This document shows, piece after piece, positions 25,903-38,834 of a stretch of DNA of 64,000 bases. The stretch spans positions 2,170,001 to 2,234,000 of the forward strand of contig NC_058368.1 in assembly GCF_018350175.1 (NCBI RefSeq), in the 5' to 3' direction. Origin of the DNA: Felis catus. Lineage: Eukaryota. The position numbers and the translations under genes are program-made. A model generated the notes under the pieces. That model ran no database searches. It saw only the letters and a list, made by a program, of their open reading frames with translations, and was not told the origin of the DNA. Position 1 is the stretch's first letter. Each line of letters opens with the position of its first letter.

Positions 25903-25961
<59 letters not shown>

Positions 25962-26470
25962 ACGAGTTGGGGAGGGGCAGAGAGAGAGGGAGAGAAAGGA
26001 TCCCAAGCAGGCTGCACGCTGTCAGTGAGGAGCCCAATGTGGGGCTGGATGTCACCAACCCCAAGAGATCGTGACCTTGGGGATCGTGACCGTGAGATCG
26101 TGACCAAGCAGAAATCAAAAGCCAGCCACTTCACTGACTGAGCCACTCAGGTGCGCCTATGTTAGTTGACTTTAAGATGTTTAACCGATCTTGTATTTCT
26201 GAGATAAAACCTGCTTGGTCATGATATATTATTTTTATTTATTGCTGGATTTGCTTTGTTTGGCTAAGGATTATTTTGCCTATGTTTATGTTGGAACTTA
26301 ATTTTTTGTAATGCCTTTGTTAGTTTTGACATTAGGGTTATGCTGTACCTAAAATAAGTTGGAAACTTTCCTCCTTTATCTTCTGAAAGACTTATGTAAG
26401 ACTGGTATTATTACTTCCTTAGATATTTGATAGAACTCGCCAATGAAACAATCTGAGTTTGGCGTTTTCT
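24830..26470 (-). mobile_element. Old L1 ORF2 fragments with nested SINEC (25880-26157) carrying a (GA)n tract
   Basis: T-rich reverse L1 motifs; SINE body. Confidence 0.7.
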
Positions 26471-26920
26471 TTGTGGTGAAGTTTTGCTTTGTTTTGTTTT
26501 TTCCATTTTATTATTCACCATGACTCATTCATTGTAGTGAAACATCTATTCACTGCTTTCCAGCATACATTTCCCTTTTTTTCTGCTAATAATTCTCTGA
26601 TTTTCCTCCAGGGAATTATCCCTCCTTTTTCAGCCTTTTGCCCCAGCTGGTCCTCTTGATCCATCTCAAACTCAGCCAGTGAGCACATCACATACCTATG
26701 GTTGCAACTGGTGCAGGAACGGTTATGTGATCCCCCAAGGGTCCGTGGGGCACAATGGTGCTTTTCCTTGGAATGCTGGGATACAGATACTTCATATTCC
26801 TATTGAATATGAACCTTCAAAGGTTAGTAGCTATGGCTGCTGTAGTCATATGGAAAATGGATCAGTCACATGGAAAATGCATCCAAACTCTGAAGAAACA
26901 GATCCAGGTCATTGCTGCTT

Positions 26921-27080
26921 CCTTCTTTTATTTTTTTCTTTCTTTTCTTTTCTTTCCTTTCTTTTTCTTTCTCTTCTTTTTCTTCTCTTTCTTTTCCTTC
27001 TTCTTTCTCTTTTTTCTTCTTTTTCTCTCTTTTCTTTCTTCTTTCTTTCTTTCTTTCTTTCTTTCTTCTCTTTTCTTTCT
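26921..27080. repeat. Pyrimidine-rich (TTTC/TTTTC)n low-complexity tract
   Basis: About 160 nt of almost pure C/T. Confidence 0.95.
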
Positions 27081-27129
27081 GATGTTGCAAGAATCCTTAT
27101 CATTTTTTGTTGTTGTTTAGACATTATCT

Positions 27130-30100
27130 AGGGATAGGTCTGCTGGCAATGAATTCATTTACTTTTTTACAATTGAAACATAGTTGACACACAGTGTTAC
27201 GTTAGTTTCAGGTGTACAACACGGTGATTCAATGTCTAGGCTCTATCTTACGCCATGCACCATTGCCCCAAAAGTGTAACTACCATCTGTAACCACAAAT
27301 TCACTTAGTTTTCATTTGAGAAAGTCTTGATTTACATTTATTCTGGAATAACATTATCATCAGATATGGGATTCCGCACTGATAATTCCTTTCTTTCAGC
27401 ACTTGAAAAACGTGTCGCTTCCTTCTTGCCTCGTATTTTCAGATGAGAAATCCACATCCACCGCCATTCTTCTTGTTTTTCCCTCCAGGTAAAGGTGTCA
27501 TTTCTCTCACTGCTTCCAAGAATCGCTTCCCTTGTCTTTTAGTTTTCAGAAGTGATTACGATGGGTGTTGGCTTGGGTATCTTTGTATTGTTTGAGAGTC
27601 ACTCAACTTCTTAAATCTGTAGGTTTCTGTATTTTTGCCCAATGTTGGAATGTTGGAATTTTTTTTTGTTCTAGGCCCACAGGTCCTTGAGGCTCTGTTC
27701 TCTCCTCCTCGAGGGGAGTTCCTTTCTGTTGTTCGGATTGGGTAATTTCATTATTCCATTTTCAACTTCACTCTTTCTTCTGTTCCCTCCATTCTACCTA
27801 CTGTTGAGCCCATCCATTGTATTTTCTATTTTGGTTATTGTATTTTTCAGTTCTAGAACTTCCATCTTTCTTCTTCATAGCTTCTATTTCTTTGCTGAGA
27901 CTATTTTTCATTTTGCTTCAAGCATGTTTATAATTGCTCACTGGAACATTTTTATGATGGCTGTCTTAAAATTCTTGTCAGATAATTCTAACATCTGTGC
28001 CAGTGCCTATTGTATTACCTCTGAAGTTGAGGTTTTTCTGGTTCTTGGTATGATTGATTTTTTATTGTATCTTGGACATCTTAGGTACGATGGGACCTCG
28101 GGTCTTCTTAGATCTTCTGTTTTAGCAGGTCTCCTCCGACACTGCCCACCCTGCCCGCAAGGAAATAGGTTCATTTCTGCCAAATGGGTGTGAAAGTCCA
28201 GGTTTTCCCTTTGACACTCACTGGGGACAAGGGGTACCTCCTTATTGTCAGGCAGAGGTGGTATTTTGGGATCCTCAGTAGGCTTTCACCAACCACACCT
28301 CTGGTCGTTGAAGCCTCATTATTACCCCCCAACCCACCCCATGTAGTCTCTAATGTCACTGTGGGAGGGGTGCCCTCCTGGTTTTCTCTGATACGACCTC
28401 AGCAGGATGGGGTGAGAGGGGACCTCATTACAGCTGAATGAGAGTAGAAACCTAGGCTCCTCACTGGACTTTGCTGGTAGGGTAAGGCTAGGGCTGCATT
28501 TTGGTGGTTGTGTGTATGTAAGTGTGCTGTTTGACTCAGTAAAGTCGTTATTGTCTAAATGTTTTGTCTTGATAGGTGTTCCTTTCTTGGTCTTTTGGCT
28601 GCAGAACAGGCTGCTCCCATTGGTGTTCCACACTGCCGGCTTCTCCAACACCCAATATTAGACATATGTGGCAAAAAAGAAATGTTGTTTCTTGGGTCCT
28701 GAGGTTCCTAAATGGTCTCTCTCTCCACTTTTCAGACCCTTATGTTTTTTATGTAATATCCAGAAATTTTTGTTGTACTTAGTGGGAGTCATCGGGGGAA
28801 TTATTCAATCTTGTTCTAGACCTGGGAGTCCTGGAGAAATTTTGGATTACAAACTCACTGTCTTCGCCACTCAGATTTCGTTTCATCTTACCAGTTTTGG
28901 TAAGTTGTGTTTCTTTAGGGATGTTTTATCTAAGTTATCAAATTCATTGGCATAACGTTTGTAATATTCCCTTTCTATTCTCTTGATGTCAGTAGGATCT
29001 GTAGTAACTTCTTCATTACTGATACTAGTGATTTATGTATTGATTGAGACTTTGCTAATAACTTTAGTAATGCTTCCAGAGAACTTCTGGTTCTATTAGT
29101 TTTTGTGCTATTTTTCATATTCTACATCATTATTCTCTGGTCTTATTTTTACCTTCTTTTCGTTTGAGCTTCATTTGCTTTTCTTCTTCTGGCCTTTTAA
29201 TTTAGATCGATTTTGAAGGTTCTTGAAAATACAAACATTTAAATATTTAATTTTCCCCGTATGCACTTCATTAGCTGCACAAGACAGGTTTTGAAATTTT
29301 GTATTTTCATTATCATTCAGTTCCAAGTATTTACTAATTTCCTTTCTGATTTTTTTGACCCATTGATAGATTTTTAAAAAAATGTTTAATTTTGAGAGAG
29401 AGAGTGAGCGAGTGAGAGAGCATGAGTAGGGGAGGGTCAGAGAGAGAGGGAGAGAGAATCCCTCTGTCTCTGCACTATCGGCACAGAACCCAATGCAGGG
29501 CTTGATCCCATGAACCATGAGATCATGACCTGAGCCAAAATCAAGAGCTGGATGCTTGGCTGACTGAGCCACCCAGGTGCCCTGACCCATTGATAGATTT
29601 ATGTGCTATGAAAGGACAAATCCTTCCTGAATTTTTCAGTGTTCCTACGAAGTCTTAACCTCCTGAGCTGTAAAATTGATTTTAAGGTGCTTACTTTTAA
29701 CTCCCCTAGAAATAATAGATTTTCATGTATCACTTTGCAGCCATTTGCCCCTGAAAGGTAGAACTAATGGTTACCATCCAAAAGATAAGAGAATAATCTC
29801 TTTGGGAGCCAAATGGTTACGTTCCAGAGTAGAGACCTAGGCTAATGGCAAGGGTGACTGAATGAGTAACCCAGACCTCAGGAGTGATTTTGAACATTAT
29901 CTTCCTTTTAGTCTCCCCTCCAGGGAAATAGAGTTACATTTCAAAGGGTAAGGACCCAGGATCCTTCCTCCTCTCACTGGACAGAAATTCTCTAAGTGCA
30001 GAAATTCATATTTTCAGGATTCCTCTCTGACAGTATAATCGCCCCGCCACATATGTAGGTATACACAGTCTGAGTTCATCGTCTGCACAGTGTTAGGCAT

Positions 30101-31500
30101 GCGGGGACTAATAATACTGCAACGTTATTCTGGCTGTTCTTAATGTGAATTAGGCTGACCTCTGACCAAGGTGACTGGTGTTTCTGCTAGTATCTATATA
30201 AATACGTAAGAAAGGTAACATCGCAGATCCTTCACTTAATCAGTGTGTCTTTTAATTTCCAATAATTTAAGCTCTTCTAGATGTCTTATTGCTATTAATT
30301 TAATGTTATGCTGTCACGGTAATAAGACATTGAAAACGATTTCAGCCTTTTAAAATTTATTGAAATTTTTTTTATGGCTCACCATGTGGTCTTAGTGAAC
30401 ATCCTATGAGTGCATTCTAAGGTTAATGGGGGAGGTGTTCTGAAATGTCAGTTACGTCAAGGTGGGTAATAGTGTCATTCAAGTCTCTTTATATTCTTAC
30501 TTTATATCCTGACTTTCGGTATAGCCATTTTATCAGTTATAAAGAAAGGGGTTTAGAATATCCTATGACTCCAGGTTTGTCTGTTTCTCTCTTTAGTTGT
30601 TTTCATGTATTTGAAGCTTTGTAATTAGGCACATAAAAATTTGCAAGCATTATGCCTTCCTAAACTCTTGATCTTTTTTTTTTTTTTAATTTTTAATGTT
30701 TGTTTTTGAGAGAGAGAGACAGAGTGTGAGCAGGGTAGAGGCAGAGAGAGAGGAAGACACAGAATCCAAAGCAGGCTCCAGGCTCCGAGCTGTCAGCACA
30801 GAGCCTGACACGGGGCTTGAACCCACGAACTGCGAGATCATGACCTGAGCCACAGTTGGATGCTTAACCGACCAAGCCACCCAGGCACCCCTAAAGCCTT
30901 GATCTTTTATCACTATGAAAGTATATTTTATCTGATGACTAATGTTTGCATGATGTATATTTTTTCAAACTTTTACTTTCAAGTTATCTTTGTGTTTAAA
31001 ATACATTTCTTAGAGATAGCATATAGTCATAGAATAGGGTCTTGTGTTTTTTTTTTAATCCAATATGACAATTACTGTCTTTGTAGTATTTAGTGTATAC
31101 TTACATTTAAGTATACATGTAAGCATACATTTAAGTATAACTTACATTTAAGTTATAAGTAAAGTCTGCCATTTTGCTATTTGTTTTCAATTAGTCTCAT
31201 TTGTTTTTGTGTGTGTGTGTGTGTGTGTCTCAGTTCCCCTCTTGACTTCTTTGGGGCTAACATTTCTTATTATTCCATTTTGACTCCTTTGTTCACTTTT
31301 TGACTATACCTCTCTGCAGTATTTTTTAGCGGTTTCTCCAGGAATTATGAAATACCTCTTTAACTTATCAGTCTATTTAGAGTTAATATTATACTATTTT
31401 CACTACAATTGTATAGTTCCATTTACCAACCCATCTTTTGTGCTTTTACTATGTTACAAATCTCACAATATAGCACTATACTTTGTTTCAAACAAGCACC
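27130..31500 (-). mobile_element. Patchwork of old L1 fragments with SINECs at 29375-29582 and 30674-30891
   Basis: Reverse L1 ORF1/ORF2-like sequence (e.g. IRKEISKYLELNDNENTKFQNL). Confidence 0.6.
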
Positions 31501-31509
31501 TCTTAGAAA

Positions 31510-33983
31510 TTTTTAAGTTTAGTTTATTTTGAAAGAGAGAGAGAGAATGCAAGTGAGGCAGGGGCAGAGAGAGAAGGAGAGAATCCCAAGCAGGCTCACA
31601 CCATCAGCACAGAGCCCCAAGCGGGGCTCGAACTCATGAACTGCGAGATCATGACCCAAGCCAAAACCAAGAATTGGATGCTTACCCGACTGAGCCCCCT
31701 GGGCGCTCCTAAACAAGCACATCTTTTAGAGAAGATAATAAAATATAATTTTACAAACTTATCTATACACTTACCATTACTGTAATCGTTTCCTATCTAT
31801 AGATCTGATGCACAAAATTTGTATTTCCTATCTAGATATCTCTTCTAAGCTCCAGATTAAAATATCCCATTATTTCACATCTTTACTGAGATGTTATCTC
31901 CAAGTTAAAATGTTCAAAACCAGGGGCGCCTGAGTGGCTCAGTTGTTTAAGCGTCCAACTCTTGATTTCGGCTCAGGCCATGATCTCACGGTTCAAGGGA
32001 TCGAGCACCGCACTGGGCTCTGTCTACACTGTCAGTGCAGACTGGGATTCTGCTTGGGATTCTCCTCTCTGTCCCTCCCCGGCTCACGTGCTCACGCTGT
32101 CTGTCTCTTTCAAAATATATAAACATTAAAAAAAAAAATAAAATGTTCAAAACCAAACTATTCACCCCAAAGAATCTTTTCTCATTAACCTATTAAGGAA
32201 ATTCACATTTTCTCATACCAGAAGCCAGAAACTCCAAAGCAACGATTCCTCATATTATTATTCTTACTTATCTGCTGCCCTTTTTCTTTTAAAAAGTTGT
32301 TAAAAATGGAAGACTTTCTGTTCCATCCATTTGTGTTCCTTCCTTATACCTTAACTTGAACGTGAGTAATTTGCCCACTGAGTGATCTATATGAGCAGCA
32401 CAATAAAGACCGTATGTATTATTTCACACTGACTTTATTTCTAGCCACAATTCTAAATCACTCTTCTACTATGTTCAATAAATTATTCCTAACTGAAACC
32501 AAGAGAGTCATTTACGGTGTCAGCGCAAATCCCACAAGCTTCGTGACATACGTGGGTGGGGGGGCCCGGGTGGCTCAGTCGGTTAAGCGTCCAACTTCGG
32601 CTCAGGTCATGATCTTGCGGTTCGTGGGTTCAAGCTCCACGTCGGGCTCTGTGCTGACAGCTCACAGCCTGGAGCCTGCTTTCCGATTCTGTGTCTCCCC
32701 CTCTCTCTGTCGCTCCCATGCTCTGTCTCTCTGTCTCTTGATAATAAATAAAAAAACATTTAAAAGAATTAAAAAAAAAAAAAAAAAGCTTCATGACACA
32801 CGAGTCTGATTGCAGCCGGGGAGCTTTATCTCTACAGTCAAGGATGGTTTTGTTGACTGTATCTTTGTTTATGCTGACAACTTCTGTTTGTTGAAATTTC
32901 CAAGAAGCAGATGTTACTTTGTATTTATTTTGATGCCACAGGAATTTCACTGAGCTGATTCCTATGATGACTGAAAAATTCAGGTAGTATATAACATACG
33001 AAGCAAAACATGAACGATCCCTTCACGGCCACCCTACTTACTCCTCCCCCTTTTCCAACCGTCTTGGTGCTTCCTTCCATTCTCCTTCAATGCTTTTATG
33101 TATGTTTTTCTCCTCAAGTTTAAAAGTAATATGTGCCCATCACAGAGAACTAAAAAATAATTCGATAACGAACAAACTCGCTTATAATCACAAAATCAGA
33201 GCCCAGTACCCAGGCACACACACTTTGTCTATGACTGGGGGTCATACACATGGTTTTGCATCTTACATTTTCATGTATTGTGAATAATGTCCTGTGTCAG
33301 AGTCTGAAAGCATTACTATTTTATCAATATGAGTTAACACCTCCAACTCAGACCATAAAGAAAGGCAGTTTAGTCTTTGCTAGGAGAAAAATATGTTTCA
33401 TCTTAGAAGCAGGAAAGAACATCAGGCCTCTGTAAATATTTCAATTAGAAGGGCCCCTTTTCTCTTAATAATCAGTGTAAAATACAGCACTAAGCAACAA
33501 AGCACAGAATATATAACTGAATGCTTCTAAGACTAATCATTATTTGATCTACATACTACTAGAGTATTAGCAAGAAAGCCTGTTTTCCATTTAATCGCTT
33601 AACAATGTATCTATATAGTTACATAAAATGCTGACTGACATCCATTGATCTGCAGCCTTAATCTAAATATAAACACATCTGTAGAACCCTAACCTTGTAC
33701 TGCCTTTTCTCTCACTCACAAACCAATGAATAAGTACTGAATGGATACTTCTCAAAGAGTAGTTTGGGTGGGCCCGGTGGCTCAGTGGTTTGGGGTTTGG
33801 GGCGCCTGGGTGGCTCAGTCCATTGAGTGTCTGACTTTGGCTCAGGTCATGATCTCATGGTTCGGGGTTCGAGTCCCGTGTAGGGCTCTGCACTGACAGG
33901 TCTGAGCCTGCTTTGGATTCTGTCTCCCTCTCTCTCTTTCTCTGCCCCCCTCCAAAATAAATAAATAAACATTTTTTAAAAAA
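31510..33983. mobile_element. SINECs at minus 31510-31709, plus 31923-32143, plus 32559-32787, plus 33799-33983
   Basis: SINE consensus heads and tails separated by unique DNA. Confidence 0.85.
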
Positions 33984-34141
33984 AGGTGGTTTAACAATTC
34001 CACCTATAAAATATGTCTCCAATTCTACATAAAACTAAACAGAAAGATATTTTAAAAATGTTATTCCACTCGGTGTTTCAAAACAAGAAATGTAATTTCA
34101 CCCACTTCAAAGGCATGTTAAAGAAAACACACATATGTGGA

Positions 34142-34760
34142 CCTTCTGGCTCACAGGAGGCCAAGGAACAATTCTCTTCAGTCTTCCTGAATCTGGGTTC
34201 ATCCAACACCAGCCACCTCCTCCATGCTGCCTAAGTTCAACCCCAAGGAGATCAAAGTCGTGCCACCTCTGCCCTGGCTCCTAACATCGGCCTCTTGGGT
34301 CAGTCTCCAGAAAGGTTGGTGATTACACCACCAAGGCAATGAGTGACAAGAAGGGTCTGAGGATAACAGTAAAACTGACCATTCATCGGTATGACAGGTC
34401 CAGACTGAACTGGTACCTTCCGCCTCTGCCCTGATTATCAGAGCCCTCAAGGAACCGCCAAGAGAGAGAAGCAGAAAAACACTGAGCGCAGTGGAAATAC
34501 CACTTTTGATGAGACTCAACACTGCCTGACGGATGTGGTACTGATCTTCAGCCAGAGAACTCTCTGGAGCCTGACACAGATCCTGGGGACTGCCCAGTAT
34601 GTGGGCTGCAATGTTGATGGCCACCACCCTCGTGACATCATTGACGACATCAATGGAGGTGCAGCCGAATGCCCGCTAGTTAACAACTACAAAGGAAAAG
34701 TATTTCAATAAAGGATCATTTAACAACCGAAACAAACAAACAAACAAAAAACAAAACAAG
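34142..34760 (+). pseudogene. Processed pseudogene of ribosomal protein RPL12 (uL11)
   Basis: Intronless; ATG at 34224 (MLPKFNPKEIKVV), internal [17 protein letters not shown] and [16 protein letters not shown], end TAA 34681-34683; frameshifts and deletions; AATAAA 34707, decayed A tail; CACACATATG flanking repeat at 34128 and 34783. Confidence 0.92.
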
Positions 34761-37708
34761 CCCCAGACCACCAAAAACCCCTCACACATATGGAACGAAG
34801 TATGATTTGGAGTGTTTCCCAGAAGTGAACAGACTGGCAGCGGACCTTTCCTTTCATACATTCTTCTGTCACTTTTCCAGTAAAGAGTCACAAATGTGAT
34901 ACACAGAGATGGACCAACCACATCAGTTCCAGAAGACAGTCCTCTTTTGTAAACCCCATCACAGGTCCTTAGGTTTTGAATTTAACAACCAAGAAAAAAA
35001 AAGTATGAAAAACCACATTAGTTTACTATTTGTAACACACATCTTCACTTCAAAGTGTCTGGAAAGACCAGATGTTAAAATACGGACCCACAGTGTTCAC
35101 TCTGCACACAGCCGTTTGGAATAAAGGGCACAAGGAGAGGGCCGGCTACAATCTGAAAGTGTCGCCTAAATAGGAACATTCTGGCAAATTCTTTCCTTAC
35201 TTCTTTGTTTTCACAGCCTATCTCAAGGACAAAATACAGGCATGTTGTACTTCAGGGGTAGATGAAGAATTTCACTTCTAAAAGTAATGTTTAAAAGTCT
35301 TTCTTACAAACTTAACCAAGAAAGTATACGAAAGTATTTATTAGCTCCCTATTTGTTATATGATATTACAGCACGCCCTTTTCTGCTATATACACCACAT
35401 ATAAGCGACACTACAGTAAACGTGCATAATTCCCTCCTCACTCTCCTCCACCCACTTGGCGAATGTCTATAAATTATTTCTCAGAGTGATTCACTGTTTC
35501 TATTAGAAAGACAATCTAAGACTATTGAAATATTCTCCCTATTGTTGTATATCATATGTAACATATGACAAGCACACCTAAGCACGTAGAAAAGCTACAT
35601 ATTTTAAATAAGGACTTAAGTTTAATCACTATATACACTACGTGCAGGACGTTGGAAAACCATGCACATATGGACAACAGTTCCAACACATTCTGGGGAA
35701 ACCCTTCCCCATCCCTCACTGTCTTCTCTCCTTCCCTCGAACTCTGGAAACAAGCGTGGACCTGAATCCAAGAAGCGATGCAGAGATTGCATTTCCGCAA
35801 GTCGTTTCCGGATGATGCGTCTCTTGAGTGAATTTCAACAGAAAGACGATCGCAAAACAAGTCGTTTTTCTAACTGGACTTTCAGCATACGTCGACAGCT
35901 TCTCTGCATCGAGAAAGGCTACAGATTGCAAACAGGGGCTTGAGGTTTATTGTAAAAGGCTGAGCAAAGTGTCACCGCAGCTTGTCCACCCTGTATACAC
36001 AGGTTTGTCGTTGGCAAACCTTCCCAACAGGCGGTCGTCCCTTCCGGGCAGCCACATGAGGTACTGTTCACGCCTGGCACGGAGAACGCCCGGGGCCCGC
36101 TGACGTCCTGGGCCCGCTCTGCCTGCCGGCACCCCGGCAGATTCGGGCCTGGGAGCTTCCCCTGCCGTTCCAGCGTGTGGGTCCTGGGGTCCCTGTATGT
36201 CTCCGGCGGCAGCCAGAGGGCAGGGGCAGCTGCGACCCCACCGGAGTCAGCCCCGGACTCCCCCTGGTCCCAGCACTCACCCATCCTCTGGAGCAGGTGC
36301 TCCACAAGTAGGCGGAGTTTGAACCCACAGGTACACAACAGGTACTTTGAAGCCTCTAGGTGGGATCTCACCATGTGGGCAGAGGGCTGCGATTTGATTA
36401 TTTCACGTAATGTCTTCAAGATCGTTCCAGTGGAGACACTTTCGTTCTGATGAAAATAGCTACACGTGGCCTCTTCTTCAAACGCCTTCATCGTGGTCTC
36501 TGGAGAAGAGCGACAGAATTTAGCAGATTTCCTATAAACAAACACTGGCATTCCTTTCGTACTGCTTTCACCAAAGCCTCTCAAACAACTCGCCTTATGT
36601 GCGTATCTCTAAGTACGAATATTACGCACAGTGAAACTTGGGACATGTATTGCCAAATTACTTTTTTAGTAAAGTGAAGCCATTTTACGTTCCCGCCACA
36701 ATGCTTCTTTAGCAACACTGGCTATTATCTACCATAGGCAAAAATAATCTAATTGGTGTTTTCACTTGCATTTCTTTAATTAATGAAGCGAAGTATCTTT
36801 TATACACTATTATTGATCTGTATTTCTTTCGTGAATTTCTTATTATTCTATCTCCATTTTTTCTTATTAGTGCTAATTTTCTTAATTTTGCAGGTATTCA
36901 AATCTGTCTTGCTTTACGGTCACCAGTGTTGTGCCCACTTAGAAATCCCTTTCCTAGCCCATTATTAAATCCATTACCCATAGGTTTTGGGGTTTTTTTT
37001 TTTTTTTTTTGCAATATTTGCTTTCACTATCTAACATATCATGAGCAACTGAAATTTGTTCTGATGTAGGATGTGAAGGACTTTTTTCCCAAATGGCTAG
37101 CACATTGGCCCAGCATCATATATCAAATAACTGATTTCTCCCTCACTGATCTATAGAATATCTAACCCACCATTTTTCTTTTTTAAAAGTAACATGCACA
37201 TAATATAAAAATACATTAGTGAGAGGGCACACAGTGAAATGTATGTAACCTATTCCACTCCCCCCCCCCCACCCGTTTCCTCTCTGGAGACACTAATAGT
37301 TCATTATGTATCCTTTCAGATAGTCTCTTGCATTAGGCCACCGTAAATGGCAGTGGGACATGCGGTTTCCAGTCTTTTGTTGCTTTAAACAGCTCTGCAA
37401 CTAACATCCTCATGTACCGCTTATAATGCGTAAGTAAATCTGTAACACTCCCCAAAGTAGAACCGCTAGGTCAGAGAATATGGACATTTGAAAGCATGAT
37501 TTTTCCAAACTGCTCTCCAATGATGCTGCCCCATAAATTTATACTTCCACTAAAATGTGTGAAAGACCGACTAGTATTTTTGAAGTTTGGGATAATTTTA
37601 TAGGCTCTGATGCTCACTTGTGAGAGCGTGGGACACGACAGATTAATGAACATGAAATTCTTTCCTCCAATTGTTTTCTGAACTTCCGTGTTCATTTTGT
37701 GGGTAGTT

Positions 37709-37745
<37 letters not shown>

Positions 37746-38834
37746 TCAAGAATTTATAATCCAGTGAGTTGACTTCAAAGTACATGTGACTAATCTATGG
37801 CTAAATTAAATTAGTAATAGCACAGCGATGCTAACTTGGCCTGGAGGCCACGGGGAAGTATGATGCAAGCATGATTTCTACTGTATTGGGAATCCTGGAT
37901 GAAGAGAATTACCTTGTATGGAGAATGGGCTGACAGGTGGTGACATTCTTGCCGAAGAACAGCAGGAGGGGAGTTAAGGAACCTTAAATCCTCTTTATCA
38001 AATGGAAGGCACGGATATGCAGGGGTTCAAGAAAATGAGGCTAACTTCACAGAGCTGTTAAAACATTCATAAAAACCTGTTACACGCAAAAGACTAAATG
38101 TTAGTTTTCATCCCTCCAGATTCTGGAGTACCTGAGTATAAAACAGGTAAAAGAGGCCAACATCTTTTCCAGAATGGTTCCGAAAAGCTAACTTACGAGA
38201 AGTGAGAAAAGTAAGGCCGATGTGATGTCACTACTGCTCTTGGTGTCAAAATGGCCTCTTGACCACTTAGTAGTCTGTCCTCCTTCCTACCTCAAACACG
38301 GTGCTCTAAATTACCACCCCCCCTGCCGTCCCGCCAATTAAAACAGAAAAGGCTGCTGCATCTCTACTGGTTCTTGCAAATGTTTTGAAATTTTGCTAGT
38401 CTAAAAATTGGAATCACGGCTCTCAGAACCTTCCTGTTTTATCCAGCAGCCTCAAATTAACAAAACCGCTGATTTGGAAGGGAATGAGAATACAAATGTC
38501 AGAAAGAATTCTACACAAGATAAAACCCATTATTCAGCATTCTGACAACCACAGTTCAACTTTTACAGGGTTTCCAAGGTACTTACAATCCTAAAGTGAC
38601 TTTTGAATTGAAAGTTAACATGTTCAGAAAAAGCAAACTTAAAACGTTCTGAATAAGCAATCTCTGGCCTACATAAACTACAATACGTTTGCACTCAAAT
38701 AGCACCTGTCTTAGATGTGGTTAGCGCAAATTATTAGCTACTTCTTTAACTAAACACTATTTTACCAAATTTCCAAAAGGATCAAAATAACAGTTATTCT
38801 CTCATTTGATATATACCACTTTATAACAACAAAA

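Noticed and set aside
26060..26110. Triple GATCGTGACC repeat (similar short duplications at 15101, 33768, 50670, 58713, 61254)
   Set aside because: Local slippage duplications in repeats; no regular spacer structure, not CRISPR-like
26679..27131. F/L/S-rich and K/E/R-rich ORFs
   Set aside because: Translations of the (TTTC)n low-complexity tract
35919..36584. 221-aa single-exon ORF as a gene
   Set aside because: Runs across apparent splice sites into GC-rich sequence with no recognisable homology; only the central part looks exon-like
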